NCBI RefSeq assembly: GCF_963921235.1
Contig: NC_086097.1
Coordinates: 54,686,001 to 54,750,000 of the forward strand
Direction: 5' to 3'
DNA from: Mobula hypostoma
Lineage: Eukaryota
Length of the DNA: 64,000 nt
Part shown: positions 24,900 through 37,285 of the stretch, one piece after another
Numbering within the stretch: the first letter of the stretch is position 1
Layout: the number at the start of each line of letters is the position of its first letter
Translations under genes and position numbers: made by a program
Notes under the pieces: generated by a model
Told to the model about the DNA's origin: nothing
Database searches by the model: none
Seen by the model: only the letters and a program-made list of their open reading frames with translations

Positions 24900-26990
24900 A
24901 GAACATGGAACAGTACAGACCCTTCCAATACCATCTGCTCCTATCTCTCTTCAAGACTATGGTTAAGGTCAGGGAGTTGTGGTCACTGTCTCTGAAATGC
25001 TCAGCCATCAAGATATCTGACACCTGACCAGATTCATTAACTAGTAGCAGATCCAATATGGCCTCTCCTTTAGTTAGGCTGTCTAAGCATAGTGTCAGGA
25101 ATCCTTCCTGGACACACCTATGATATGCCATCTCATCTGAACTTTCTACACTAGAGGTTCCAATCACTCTTAGGGAAGTTGAAGTCACCTATGACACCCT
25201 GTTATTTTTCCATTTTTTCCAAAATCTGCCTAACGATCTGCTCCTCAGTGTCTCTGTTGCTATTGGGGACAGGGGGTCTATAGAATACTCCCAATAGTGT
25301 GATACCTCCCTTCATGTTTTGTGAAATCTGCCTACCGACCTGCTCCTCAGTGTTTCTGTTGTTATTGGAGTGGGGTGGGGTCTATAGAATACTCCCAATA
25401 GTGTGATACCTCTCTTCATGTTTCTGATTTCCACCCACACTGACTCAGTAACTGATCCCTCCATGACATCCTCCCTTTCTGCAGCTATGATACTATTCCT
25501 GATTAGCAATACCACTTCCCCCACTCTTTCACCTCCCTCCCTGTCCCTTTTAAAACATCTAAACCCCGGGAACATCCAGGAGCCATTTTTGTCCTTGTGA
25601 CAGCAAAGTCTCTGTAATGGCTACAAAGTCGTGGTTCAATGTACTCATCCATGCTATGCATTCAACCTTGTTCCTGATACTTCTTGCATTAACAGATACA
25701 TTTCAACCCATCCAACTTACTGCAGGTATGCTCTATCCACTGCCTAATGTTCCTCACAATCGCTCTACACATTATATCTCCCTTTAAACCAACAGCTCCC
25801 TTATCTGACCTGTCACTCTGGTTCAACCCCCATCAACCTAGTTTACACCAACCCCAACAGCTCTAGCAAACCTGCGTGCAAGGACAATGGTTTCCCTTGA
25901 GTTCAGGTACAGGTCATACCTTTCCCAGAAGATGTCCCATTGATCCACAAATCTGCAACCCTTCCCCCTCCACACCAATTCTACAACCACACATCTGCCA
26001 TATCATCCTATTCTTACCCTCACTGGTATCTGGCACAGGCAGCAATCTAGAGATTACTGCCCTTGAGGTCCTGGTTTCTAGCTTCCTACCTACTCCCTGT
26101 ATTTGCTCTTTAGGATCTCACCCATCTTCCTAACTATGTAAGTTGTACCAACATGCACCATGAGTTCTGGCTGCTCATCCTCCCCTTAAGAGTGCTGTGG
26201 ACTTGATCTAATAAGGCCTAACTTGGTACCTGGGAGGCAACATATCATCAGGGAGTCCCTTTCATGTCCACCTGTCTATTGAATCTCCTATCACCACAGC
26301 TCTCCTCTGATCCCCCATTCCCTTCTGATCCACAGAGATAGACACAGTGCCAGAGACCTGGTCGCTGTGTCTTTCCCCCGGTTGGTCACCCCTCCCACTC
26401 CCCCCACCCCACTATATCCAAAGTGGTTTACTTGTTAGTGCCACAGGGGTGACACTGCACTATCTGCATTTTTCCTTCTCCTGACAGTCACCCAGCTACC
26501 TGCCGCCTGCAATTTAGACATAACTGCCTCTGTAGCTCCTATCATCCAGTTTCATCTCCAGTTCCCTAACACAGTCTGTAAGTAGCTACAGTCAGATGCA
26601 CTTCTCACAAGTGTAGTCATCAGGGACACTGGAGGTCTCCTAGACTTCCCACATCGTACAAGGAACACACCACTGCCCTGGGATTCATTCTCTTTCTATA
26701 ACTAAGCCAATTTTGTATCCAATTTGGCAGCTCCGCTTGGATCCCAGAGAAGCATTCTGGACCAGTCTTCCACATGGGATCTTGTTCAAAAACTTTGCTG
26801 AAGTCCATGTAGGTTAGATCAACCGCACTGCCCTCATCGGTAGATTTTGTTACTTCTTCATTTGTCATACAAAATCTCCGACAAACAAGGCTGTGCTGAT
26901 TATTCCTCATCAATCCCCGAGTTTCCAAGTATAAATTAATCCTATCACTCAGAATGTTAATTTTCTATTAACATCCCTACAACTGACAGT
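24900..26990 (-). mobile_element. Old CR1 remnants (ORF1, endonuclease and an RT piece) with an internal ~102-bp tandem duplication at 25222-25425
   Basis: ESVWVEIRN...LGVFYRP, AILDLLL, SDHNSL, YMDFSK; duplicated aaatctgcct...cttcatgttt. Confidence 0.8.
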
Positions 26991-27254
26991 AAACTCACCG
27001 GCTTATAATAACCACATTTGAATCAATCCGAAAGAGAAAGCAACCACACTGAAATTCAGTTTGAAAACACACTGGTGGCATCCTTTATGATTTCTTATGC
27101 AATTTATAATGAGTTAATTTGCCTTTCTTTTGATTTATCTTAAGTTGCAATAAAGAACAAACTAAATTTTGCGAACATTAAGTACTCAAATAAAACTTAG
27201 GTTATGTTAAAAAAAAATGAATTTAGGACATAGGACTAATATAAAAGAACATAC

Positions 27255-27369
27255 CTCCATTTGTCCTTTTTCTGAAGTAGTCTGACAATAGGGAAGTTTC
27301 AGTGGTAGGACTGTTACAGTGGGACGAGGAAGTGTTGGTGGAAACTTTGCTCCTTTGCATGGAATGCAT
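27255..27369 (-). CDS. WDHD1: WDHD1 exon (~17), CIPCKGAKFPPTLPRPTVTVLPLKLPYCQTTSEKGQME
   Basis: aacag acceptor, GAG|gtatgt donor, 115 nt. Confidence 0.95.
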
Positions 27370-27464
27370 CTGTTGATAATGATATGTTTTAGTTCCAAGA
27401 ATGTGATTATATTTAATCATAATTATTAGTTTTAAATTACAAATGCCATTTGCTTGCTATATAA

Positions 27465-28410
27465 TGCAAGTATTAGTAATGCAGGTGTTAGGTGAAACCA
27501 GGTAAAGGGAGAAGTAGGTGGGTGTTATATGGGTGGGTGAATGCTATAGTAGATCAGTAGAGCTACTAGGACTTGATGTTTCAATCCCTGTGGTAAGTTG
27601 GCACTCTTGATGTTGGCAGTGGGCTTGAAGTGGTGACAAGAAGGGAAAGTAGGTACGTCATCGGGGTCATCAGGTAGGTATTCTCCTTCTTTGACGTTTC
27701 GTTGATAAGCCCACGACGTCTCCAGAGGGCTCAACGGTGCTACCTGGCATCCCAGATACACCCCCTCAGTTCCATACCCTCCTGTCTTCATCTTGCAGCC
27801 CAGTTGTTGTCTTTCCTTTTAATCCAAATCCAATTGCTGCTTTCTTCTGCTGCATTTGACAAGGACTTGATTGCTTGTTGGAGGGAGAGACCCCTCACCC
27901 CCATCTTCTTCAATAGACTGGTGGTAGATGTAGCAACGAATCCCCTGCATCCCACTTCTACAGGGAAAATCTTGGTCTTCCAGCCATTCTGGGCAGCTTC
28001 AGTTGCCAGTTCAGAGTACTTGGCCTTTTCCTTCTCATAAGCTTCTTCGACACCATCTTCCTATGGTACTGTCAATTCCACAACATATGCCAGCTTGGCT
28101 GTTGTGGACCACAGGACCATGTCTTGCCGGTGTGCTGTATCCACAATGTCTGGGGGAAACACGAGCTTTTTTTCTCAAGTCCACGTCCATTTTCCAATCC
28201 TGAGCAACCTGCAGAATGCTTACATCTTTTGATGTTATATGGTGCTCTGGAGGTTGGCCTGCTTGTACAAATCGTGTGATGTGGACATTTCCTGCCGATG
28301 TTTGTGGGAGAGCATTTGTGGTGATTCGCCTCTGTTTCAAGATTGATGCCAGGTGTCTGAGAACTTGGTTATGCCACCAAGTGTACCGCCCCTGGGTGAG
28401 GCTATTACAA
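27465..28410 (-). mobile_element. Hero-like non-LTR retrotransposon (restriction-like endonuclease), 5'-truncated, with 11-bp TSD
   Basis: Across frameshifts and stops: GRYTWWHNQVL...DWKMDVDL...DMVLWS...VELTVP*EDGVEEAYEKEKAKYSEL...GWKTKIFPVEVGCRGF; TSD ttgctatataa at 27454-27464 and 28411-28421. Confidence 0.85.
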
Positions 28411-28649
28411 TTGCTATATAAATCTTCCTGGTAATCTGAACTTTTTTAAAACTGCGTTGTTCAGGTTGCCTTACTTGAAACATGCTCATCAGTAAAAAAA
28501 ATAGACACTGCCACTGAGAAATTCATCATCCCAACCACTGGATTCCACTAGGAAGTTAAGACACCATCTCACCCTCTAGCAGAAATAGGACAGTGCAAAC
28601 TAGAAGTCAATATCCTCACAGATTATTGTAGACTCACTGGAATTGTTTT

Positions 28650-28875
28650 TAAGAAGCACAGCATGGAAAAGACCCTTCCAGCCAAACGAGCTACACCGCC
28701 CAGCCATCCACCTATTTTACCCTAGCCTAATAACCCGTATGCCTTTGACTGTGGGAGGAAACCGGAGCACCCGGAGGAAACCCACACGTCCACGGGAAGT
28801 ACAAACAAACTTTCTTGAAGAAGGCGCTGGAATGAACTCTGAGCTGAAACAACAACCGCTCCGCTACCATGGCAC
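28650..28875 (-). repeat. HE1/V-SINE-like SINE (partial)
   Basis: Reverse complement contains gtgggtttcctccgggtgctccggttcctcccacagtcaaag. Confidence 0.7.
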
Positions 28876-28919
28876 TCATACTTGACTATTTTTCAAAACA
28901 AATAGTACTTTTAGAGTAA

Positions 28920-30955
28920 TTGATTACTACAGCACATAAACAGGCCTTTTGGCCTATCTAATCCGTGCCGAACTGTTATTCTGTCTAGTCCTATCGCCCC
29001 GCACCAGGACCATGCCCCTTCATACCCCTCTCATCCACGTACTTATCCAAACTTATCTTAGATCTTGTAATCAAACTTGCATCCATCACTTCCACTGGCA
29101 GCTTGTTCAACACTCACACCACCCTCTGAGTGAAGTTTGCCTTTAGGTTTCCCTTAAAGATTTCACCTTTCACCCTTTACCCTTAACATACAACCTTTAG
29201 TTCTAGTCTCAACCTATCTTAGTGGAACAAGTCTACTTGCATTTACCCTATCTATACCCCTCATAATTGTGGTACACCTCTATAAAATCTCCCATAATTC
29301 TCCTATGATCCAGGCAAAAATGTCCTAGCCTATTCAACCTTTTCTGATAGCTCAGCTGCTTAAATCTCAGCAACATCCTTGCAAATTTTCTTTGTGCTCT
29401 TTCCTGTAGGTAGGTGACCAGAACTGCACCCAATACACCCAATTTGGCCTCACCAATATCTTATACAACTTCAACATAACATCTGAACTCCTATATCCTG
29501 ACTTATAAAGGCCAATGTGCAAAAAAGCTATATTTATGACTCTATCTAGCTGTGACATCACTTTCAAGGAATTATGGATCTGTATACCCCTTGTTTGACT
29601 GCATTCCTCAGTACCCTACCGTTCACTGTGCAGACTAGCTTGTCCTACCAAAGTGCATTAAATTTTATCTATTTTTCAGTCCATCTGGAAAAATTGTTCA
29701 CCATGCCCCCCGTCTTGGTGTCATCCACAAAATTGCTGATCCAGGGTGCTACGTTATCATCTGAAACATTAATATAGAGGATAAATTGATCTCTGCAGCA
29801 CACCACCAGTCACAGGCCTCCAGAGAGGCAACCATCTATTACGACCCCATTACGACCCTGTGGCTTATCGTCCTTGATTACGCTCTGCGTCAAGCTACCA
29901 AAGATCATGAGAAGCTTGGTTTTACTATAAAACCAGGGCGAACCAAAAGGGTCAGACCAGTTACACTCACAGATCTCGATTTTGCAGATGACATAGTCCT
30001 CCTCTCTGACCAGATGGAGGAAGCACAGCAGCTACTGACAAAAATGGAAATTGAGTGCAATAAAGTTGGACTTCACCTAAATGCTAAAAAGACAGAGTAC
30101 ATGGCGTTTAACTGTGACGCAGGTACTCTCAAGACCGTAGAGAATGATACCATTAAGAAAGTCTTTGAATACAAGTACCTCGGGTCAAGAATGATGAGTT
30201 CGGAGAAGGACATAAAGATACGGAAGGCGCTGGCGTGGAGGGCTATGAACCCTGAAGGAAATCTGGAAGTCAAACCTGACCAGAGGGCTTAAAAAGAGGA
30301 TTTCATATTAGTCATAAAGTCCATTCTCACGTACGGATGCGAGACGTGGACACTCACCAAGACTATGCGAAAGTCTCTAGATGGTTGCTATACACGAATG
30401 CTCCGGATGGCTCTTGACGTGAGTTGGCAACAGCACATGATGAACGTCGAGCTCTATAACAACCTACCGATGCTCACCACTAAAATCGAGGCGAGAAGAC
30501 TGCAACTAGCGGGCACTGTCTACGCCACCCCGAGCTACCTGCCAGCCCAGTCATCATATGGGAACCCAAGCACGGGGAGATGAACCCTGGGTGCCCTCCC
30601 AAGACTATGGTCAACACGCTCCTAGAAGACAGCAGTGCGGCTAATGTAGAAGAACTGAACACACTGATGAGGGAGAGGGAGAAGTGGAGAGTCCGTGCTC
30701 GTGCCCGACGTCAGCCCCCTAGGCTTGGGTCGACATAGTAGTAGTAGTAGGCTTACCCTACTAAGGCAATATTGAATCTAATTTACTACTTCATCCTGAA
30801 CACCAAGCAACTGAGCCTTCTGAACGAGCTGCCCGTCCGAAGCTTTGTCAAAGGCCTTGCTATAGTCCATGAAGACAATGCCCACAACCTTTCCTTCACC
30901 GACTTTTCTGGTAACCTCCTTGAAAAGCTCTACAAGACTGGTTAGACACAACCTA
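28920..30955 (-). mobile_element. Decayed CR1, interrupted by the RTE-type insertion below
   Basis: LYKILVRP...VQFWSPTYRK; the CR1 sequence resumes after 30756. Confidence 0.75.
29868..30749 (+). mobile_element. RTE-group LINE, 5'-truncated RT and C-terminus, (TAG)n tail
   Basis: LTDLDFADDIVLLSD...GLHLNAKKTEYM...YKYLGS; YGCETWTL; LDGCYTRMLRMAL; apparent TSD ggctta at 29862-29867 and 30750-30755. Confidence 0.85.
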
Positions 30956-30989
30956 CTTTTGTTTGAAGGAAAATGTTTAAGAAGTATCT

Positions 30990-31570
30990 ATTTAAAGTCA
31001 AATATTGGTATTGGTTCATTATTGTCATGTGTACCAAGATACAGTGAAAAGCTTGTCTTGCATATGGTTTATACAGATTAAATCATTACACTACATTGAG
31101 CTAAAATGGATAAAACAATAACAATGCAGAATGAAGTGTAAAAGACACCGAAAGCGCACAGTGCAGTAAACACTAAAAGTCCAAAATCATAACAAGGTGG
31201 ACTGCAAGGTCAAGAATCCATGTTATCATTCAAGAGTCTGATTCTGATGACACTGGGATAAAAGCTGTCCATGAACCTGTGGAATGTGCTTTCAGGCTTT
31301 TGTATTTGCTGCCCAGTTGGAGATGAGAGAATAGAGAATGCCTGGGGTGGGTGAGGTCTTTTATGTTACTTTACCGAAGCAGTCCGAAATCTACACAGAG
31401 TCCATAGAGGGGAGGCTGCTTCCTGAGATGTGCTGAGATGCAGCTTCTGCAATTTCTAACAAATTCGTGCAGAGCTGTTGCCGTACAAAGCTGTCATGCA
31501 TCCAGACAGAATGCTTTCTCAGGTACGTCGATAAAAATTGGTAAGAATCAACTGGGACATGTTGAACTTG
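30990..31570 (-). mobile_element. Rex1/Babar-like LINE 3' remnant
   Basis: Reverse complement resembles the 3' ends at 12850-13480 and 56300-56760. Confidence 0.55.
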
Positions 31571-32269
31571 AAACTGAGTTGCAATTTAGATCTCCTTCAC
31601 AAAAAACCATTCATCAATATCAATAACAATCTTGGGCCCACAAAGTATACACAACTTGGCCAAAATAATTTTCATTTTCTGATAATAACCTAAATACACT
31701 GTATGTAAGCATTCATATTTGTTATTGCAGGCAAAACCATTTTGAATAGTTTGCATTTCAGGGTAACTTACATTGCAATGAAGGGAGTTTTTTTTTAAAA
31801 AATAAATGGTGTTTAATATACTGCCTATTTTTACTTAGAATCAAGACAACTTGAACTTATTTCTGGGATACAAACAACATTAACCAGACCAGTATTTTTT
31901 TAAATTCCTCTGAAGTTATTAAAGAGAAGGCAATGTTGAACCAATTCTTGAACTGCTGCAGCCTATGCTTTATTCATCCATTGGGAAAGGATTTTGTAAC
32001 AATAAAGGAAGAGTGGCATATTTGCAAATCAGTCTGAGCTGTGAACTGAGCAGGAACATCCAGCTGGCAGTGTTCCTATGTATTTTATCTCCTTGCTCTT
32101 TTAAATGATAGAGTGGCTTTTGAAAGTATTTTAGTGAATTGCTACAGCGCATCCCGTGGTCTGCACACACATCGGTGGTCAAAATAGAGAATCTCTGTAG
32201 CTGCAACTCGTTAGGTATTCATTGGAATAAGTATTTTCCCAAGTCCTACATTAGCATAAAATGCCTGTA

Positions 32270-33295
32270 AGGTACTGTTTACTCACACAAACTGCTGGAG
32301 AAATTCAGCAAATCAGGCAGCATTTATGCATGGGAATAAACAGTCGATATTTTGAGCTGAAACCCTTCATTAGGGCTGGAAAGGAAGAGGGCAGAAGCCA
32401 GAAGGCGGCGATGGGGGAGGGGAAAGAGTACAAGCTGGTAGGTGGCAGGTGAGACCAGGTGAGGAGGAAGGTGGGTGGGTGGGAGAGGGGGATGAAGTAA
32501 AAAGCTGGGAGGGATTAGGTGGATGAGGTAAAGGGCTAAAGAAAGAATCTAATATGAGAGGACAGTGAACCATGCAAGAAATGGAAGGAGAGGAACCAGA
32601 GGGAGGTGATGAGCAGGTGAGACGCGAACACATGAGAGGATAACCAGAATGAAAAAGGAAGAAGAAGGAGGGAGGAGGAGAAGAAATTACTGGAAATTAG
32701 AGAAATTGATGTTCATGTCATCAGGTTGGAGCGTACTAGACAGAATCCGAGGTGTTGCTCCTCCAACCTGAATTTGGCCTCATCATGGCAAAATAAGATG
32801 ATGAGAGGCATTGATCGTGTGGATAGTAAGAGGCTTTTTCCCAGGACTGAAATGGCTGACACGAGAGGGCACAGTTTTAAGGTGCTTGGAAGCAGGTACA
32901 GAGATGTCAGGGGTAAGTTTTCTTACACAGAGAGTGGCGACTGCATGGAATGGGCTGCTGGCGACGGTGGTGGAGGTGGATAGGTACCTCCTGGATAGGT
33001 ACATCCTTAAGAGACTCCTGGCTAGGTACATGGAGCTTAGAAAAATAGAGGGCTATGGGTAGCCTTAGGTAATTTCAAAGTAAGTATACGTTTGGCACAG
33101 TATTGTGGGCTGAAGGGCCGACATTGTGGTGTAGGTTTTCTATGTTTCTATGGCAGTAGAGATGGTCATGGACAGACATGTCAGAATAGGAATGGGAAGC
33201 TGAATTGAAATAGGTGGCCATTGGGAGATCCTGCCTTTTGCAATGGACAGAGCAGTAGCGCTCCACAAAACAGCCCCCCAATCTGCACTGCTTTA
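32270..33295 (-). mobile_element. Older Penelope 3' fragment with a nested plus-strand CR1 (32791-33149, TSD atggca)
   Basis: RQDLPMATYFNSASHSYSDMSVH matches the GIY-YIG C-terminus; TSD at 32785-32790 and 33150-33155. Confidence 0.85.
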
Positions 33296-33329
33296 CCTAT
33301 GTACAGGATATGAGATGATGGTTACTCAT

Positions 33330-34040
33330 TACAATCGATTTTGGTTAAGTGAGACACATCAGGACCTGTACAAATAAGCAGCAGCTCCAAATAGCCAAAG
33401 TTTCATGAAAATAGTTAAAAAGTATATTAAAAAAACAAGCTACCACTTTACTGAGTCAAAATTTCTGTGCTTAAATGAAATACAGAACAAACTAGAACAT
33501 TACCAATACCTCTATAGTACTGTAAAACCGTGTATTAGTTCTTGATAGTTATCGACGGAGGAATTCATCTGTCACATTCCTATGATTGACTTTAAATGAA
33601 CAAAATCAGTGCAGACACCAAGTGCAGGTAATGGTCTGCCTTCATACAATGTTTTAGATGATTCCATTCCAAATCTTCATTCTCATTGTAGCATTTAAGA
33701 TGATGGTCGATACCTACAAATTCTTCATTTCTGGCATCTCCAAACCTGAATGCTTAAAACTGCAGCGAGCAAAACAGTTCTGAAGTGTCTTACTGCTTAC
33801 TTCTCACTTCTCAACATCAATGATAAATATCACTGCTTCTTGAACACAAATACACGCAATTGATGCTACTTAAAAACTGATCACTCTAAGCTTGGTGTAT
33901 TGCCTAAGTCACACAAGTGCATGCGACTGACACTAGTTAGAAACTGTTCAGCAACAGTCTCCTGCCTCAATTGAGTGGCATAATGTTCCAAATAAATGGC
34001 TGCCCCAATTAACCAATGACCCAAACAACTGGAATTCACT
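33330..34040 (-). mobile_element. Tigger/pogo-derived non-autonomous DNA transposon (older copy)
   Basis: Collinear similarity with 50962-51682; degenerate terminal inverted repeats (TIRs). Confidence 0.7.
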
Positions 34041-34422
34041 ATTTCATTTCTAATGAAAAACGTGTCTTAAAAATACATCCTAATATATACAAGTATGTCC
34101 AAAAACTTTAAGGATCAAAGTTACAAATTGTGGACAATCTGACCTTACTTCTATAACATTACTTTTTTTGAAGATATTTTGTGGTAGAATTAAGACTTCC
34201 CAAATTTGCAACATAATTCAAAATATTTGCTTACTGTAGTTACAATTTGGACAATTTGAAACATTTGTAGCAAAACATGAACACAAGAAAATCTGCAGAT
34301 GCTGGAAATCCAAAGCAACACACAGAAAATGCTGGAGGATCAGCAGGTCAGGCAGCATCTAAAGAAAAGAGTAAACAGTCAAACCCACATAATACATGTG
34401 CTAATGGTTATAATTCTTTCAC

Positions 34423-34579
34423 CTGAGTTGTTGAGGGTTTTCATGGATACCGATCACCCAGTAATGATCAGACTTGCTCTTGCAATGGTCCCTAGTGTTA
34501 GAAATAGGAATCCAGGTCATCCCTAGAGATCTGTTCAACATTCGTACTATCCCATCCGAATCTGCAAATGCTGGAGTTC
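34423..34579 (-). CDS. WDHD1: WDHD1 exon (~16), TPAFADSDGIVRMLNRSLGMTWIPISNTRDHCKSKSDHYWVIGIHENPQQL
   Basis: ctacag acceptor, AG|gtgaa donor, 157 nt. Confidence 0.95.
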
Positions 34580-35198
34580 CTGTAGTGAAGTAATGTTACA
34601 AGTTACAACAGTTACTATACTGAATATGATCATTATTTAGGATCATAAGTTGATCATATGCCATAACTATTTCAAAACATAACAATTACTGCAATATAAA
34701 GACAATGAATTAAGATCTTCAAAAGAATATACAATTAATGCTTTTAAGTTCTAGTCTAGCATTTTTGCAAAAATATCTTTAGTACTACACTTGCAAAACA
34801 TTTTTGATTAACCAATAATTCTCAAAGTGGTAAAACAAGGTTCCAACATGGAGGCCAAAGTGAAAAAGCACCAATAACCAATGAAAAATCAAAGCAAAAC
34901 TTTGCACTTTTGATTTAATAACCCAACATAAATAATATAAATTAGAAGAATAATCAGTGATATTATTATTAAAATATTACCAGGGTGATCCACAACATGA
35001 ATAACCTATTAGCACAGAACCTCACTCAGAAAGATTTCCCTCTGGATTAAACTGCAGAACTCTCTGTTCTGTTTCTTCTTCTGTCACTGCAGTGCAATAT
35101 TAAAGGTAAGAAACTGTCATGTTGATTATTTGGAATTCTATTTTGCCTACGTATTTTATCCTGCAGCAAGTGTCATGTTAAGGACATACTAAGATTAC

Positions 35199-35336
35199 CT
35201 TCAGCAGAAAAGCCCTGCCACGTCAGATATGACTTTCTACTTAAAGGAAGGGGAACACCATGGAGAACCTGTGACCTTCTTTTTCCCAGTTCCATAAGTT
35301 GGACCCCAAGACACTGATCTCCATCAAATCCGGTGC
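35199..35336 (-). CDS. WDHD1: WDHD1 exon (~15), TGFDGDQCLGVQLMELGKRRSQVLHGVPLPLSRKSYLTWQGFSAE
   Basis: tctcttcag acceptor, G|gtaat donor, 138 nt. Confidence 0.95.
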
Positions 35337-36469
35337 CTGAAGAGAAAAATAATTTTTCAATAATATAACAAATTATTTTAATAAAGGGAAGTAACTAAAA
35401 GAACAAAGAAACTAAGTTATCCACTATGTCCTTAAGGGAATGGTGAAACTGTTCTTGTGTTAATTCTACCTTAGCATGGATCACATACATAGAAATCTCT
35501 AAAGTGGAGAGGAGTTACCATAAACACATTCTGCCGAGCATCCTACAGAAATGCATTCTGCATGCTAATTGTTTGTTGTGTTTTCAGTTTTTACCCTATT
35601 CAGTTCATAACTATGAAATAGGTTCATGATAAAAAGATCAAGATTCAAGATCCCAATTTATTTATCATGTGCTTATCAGAACATACAGTTTCATTTTTAT
35701 TAACATTATTTGTGTCAATATCTAACACATATTCCAGTGCCAACATAGCATGCCAGCAATAAACATTACACGTCTCAAACGGTTCAAAACCTCTTGAATA
35801 ATTTCTTCCACTTCAGCACCTGAATTAAATAATTCAATCCTGCGGCTTATTGAAAATGAACAGCTTTCCCATAAGGTACAGCAAGTTTAGAAAAATTGAA
35901 TCAGCCTTCAGCAGAAATGCTCACAAACAGTTAAGTGCAAGGTCTAAACAGTAAAAATACACTAAACAGCAAAAATTAAGCAGCCTAGAGAAAATCTTTT
36001 CTCTTCCCCAGGATCATATCATGCACTAAGGCAGAAATACTTAATCACCCAGATGTGTGAGATTTCTTAATCAACATCTTCAGCAAGTACAAAGAGCAGT
36101 TCTAATAGACACCATTCAGCACAGTCTACCCCACTTCCTTAAATCAGCAAAGGAAGAATACTATATTCAGCTGAATCAGGATCAACCATAATCTGAGAGC
36201 AAGTTAAAAATACTAAATATAAAACAAATATCTTCATATCAAAATCTCAATATAATGTTGGGCAGATCTAAATAATTTTTTTTCCTTATGCTTTCAAAGA
36301 AAAGCAACATAGAAGGATATAAAAGTTTAATGAACAATGTTAACCTAAGACACTTTAAAAAAAAAAATCCTTTGTCGACTGATGCTTGGATAGATGCCTT
36401 CCAGCATTGTTACCAATATACTTCTGCAAAGGGCAAAGAATATTTTATTACTAATATAATGTATTTTGT

Positions 36470-37285
36470 CATGGTGGCATTGCGGTTAATGCAATGCTAT
36501 TACAGTTAGAGTTCAGAGTTCAATTCCAGCATCCTCAGAAGGTAGGCTTGTACATTGTTTCCTGGGTATGCACGTACTTCTTCTGTGCTCCAGTTTACTC
36601 CCACAGTTATATAATACCCACTTGGAGTACTGTTCTCAGTTCTGGTCATCTCACTACAGGAAGGATGTGGAAACCATAGAAAGGGTGCAGAGGAGATTTA
36701 CAAGGATGTTACCTGGTTTGGAGGGCATTCCTTATGAGAACAGGTTGAGTGAACTCGGCCTTTTCTCCTTGGAGCGACGGAGGATGAGAGGTGACCCGAT
36801 AGAGGTGTATAAGATGATGAGAGTTATTGATCGTGTGGATAGTCAGAGGCTTTTTCCCCAGGGCTGAAATGTCTAACACGAGAGCGCACAGTTTTAAGGT
36901 GCTTGCAGGTAGGTACAAAGGAGATGTCAGGGGTAAGTGTTTTATGCAGAGAGTGGTGAATGTGTGGAATGGACTGCCAGCAACGGTGGTGGAGGCGGAA
37001 ACGATAGGGTCTTTTAAGAGCTTAGAAAAATAGAGGGTTATGGGTAACCCTAGGTAAATTCTAAGGTAAGAACTTGTTCGGCACAGCTTTGTGGGCTGAA
37101 GGGCCTGTACTGTTGTGTAGGCTTTCTATGTTTCAGTCCAAAAACGTATCAGCTAGTAGGTTAATTGGTCATTGTAAATTGTCCCATGATTAGGCTGGCA
37201 TTAAAATTAATTGCTGGGCAGCATGGCTCGCGGGGCTAGAAGGGCCTGTTCCACACTAATTCTAAACTAAATAAATAAATAAATT
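36470..37285 (+). repeat. HE1/V-SINE-like SINE split by a CR1 3' fragment (36608-37133)
   Basis: The SINE core ctcccacagt|ccaaa is broken exactly by the insert; 4-bp duplication cagt at 36604-36607 and 37134-37137. Confidence 0.85.

Noticed and set aside
25222..25425. ~102-bp direct repeat as an array or regulatory repeat
   Set aside because: A two-copy local tandem duplication inside a dead CR1 endonuclease region.
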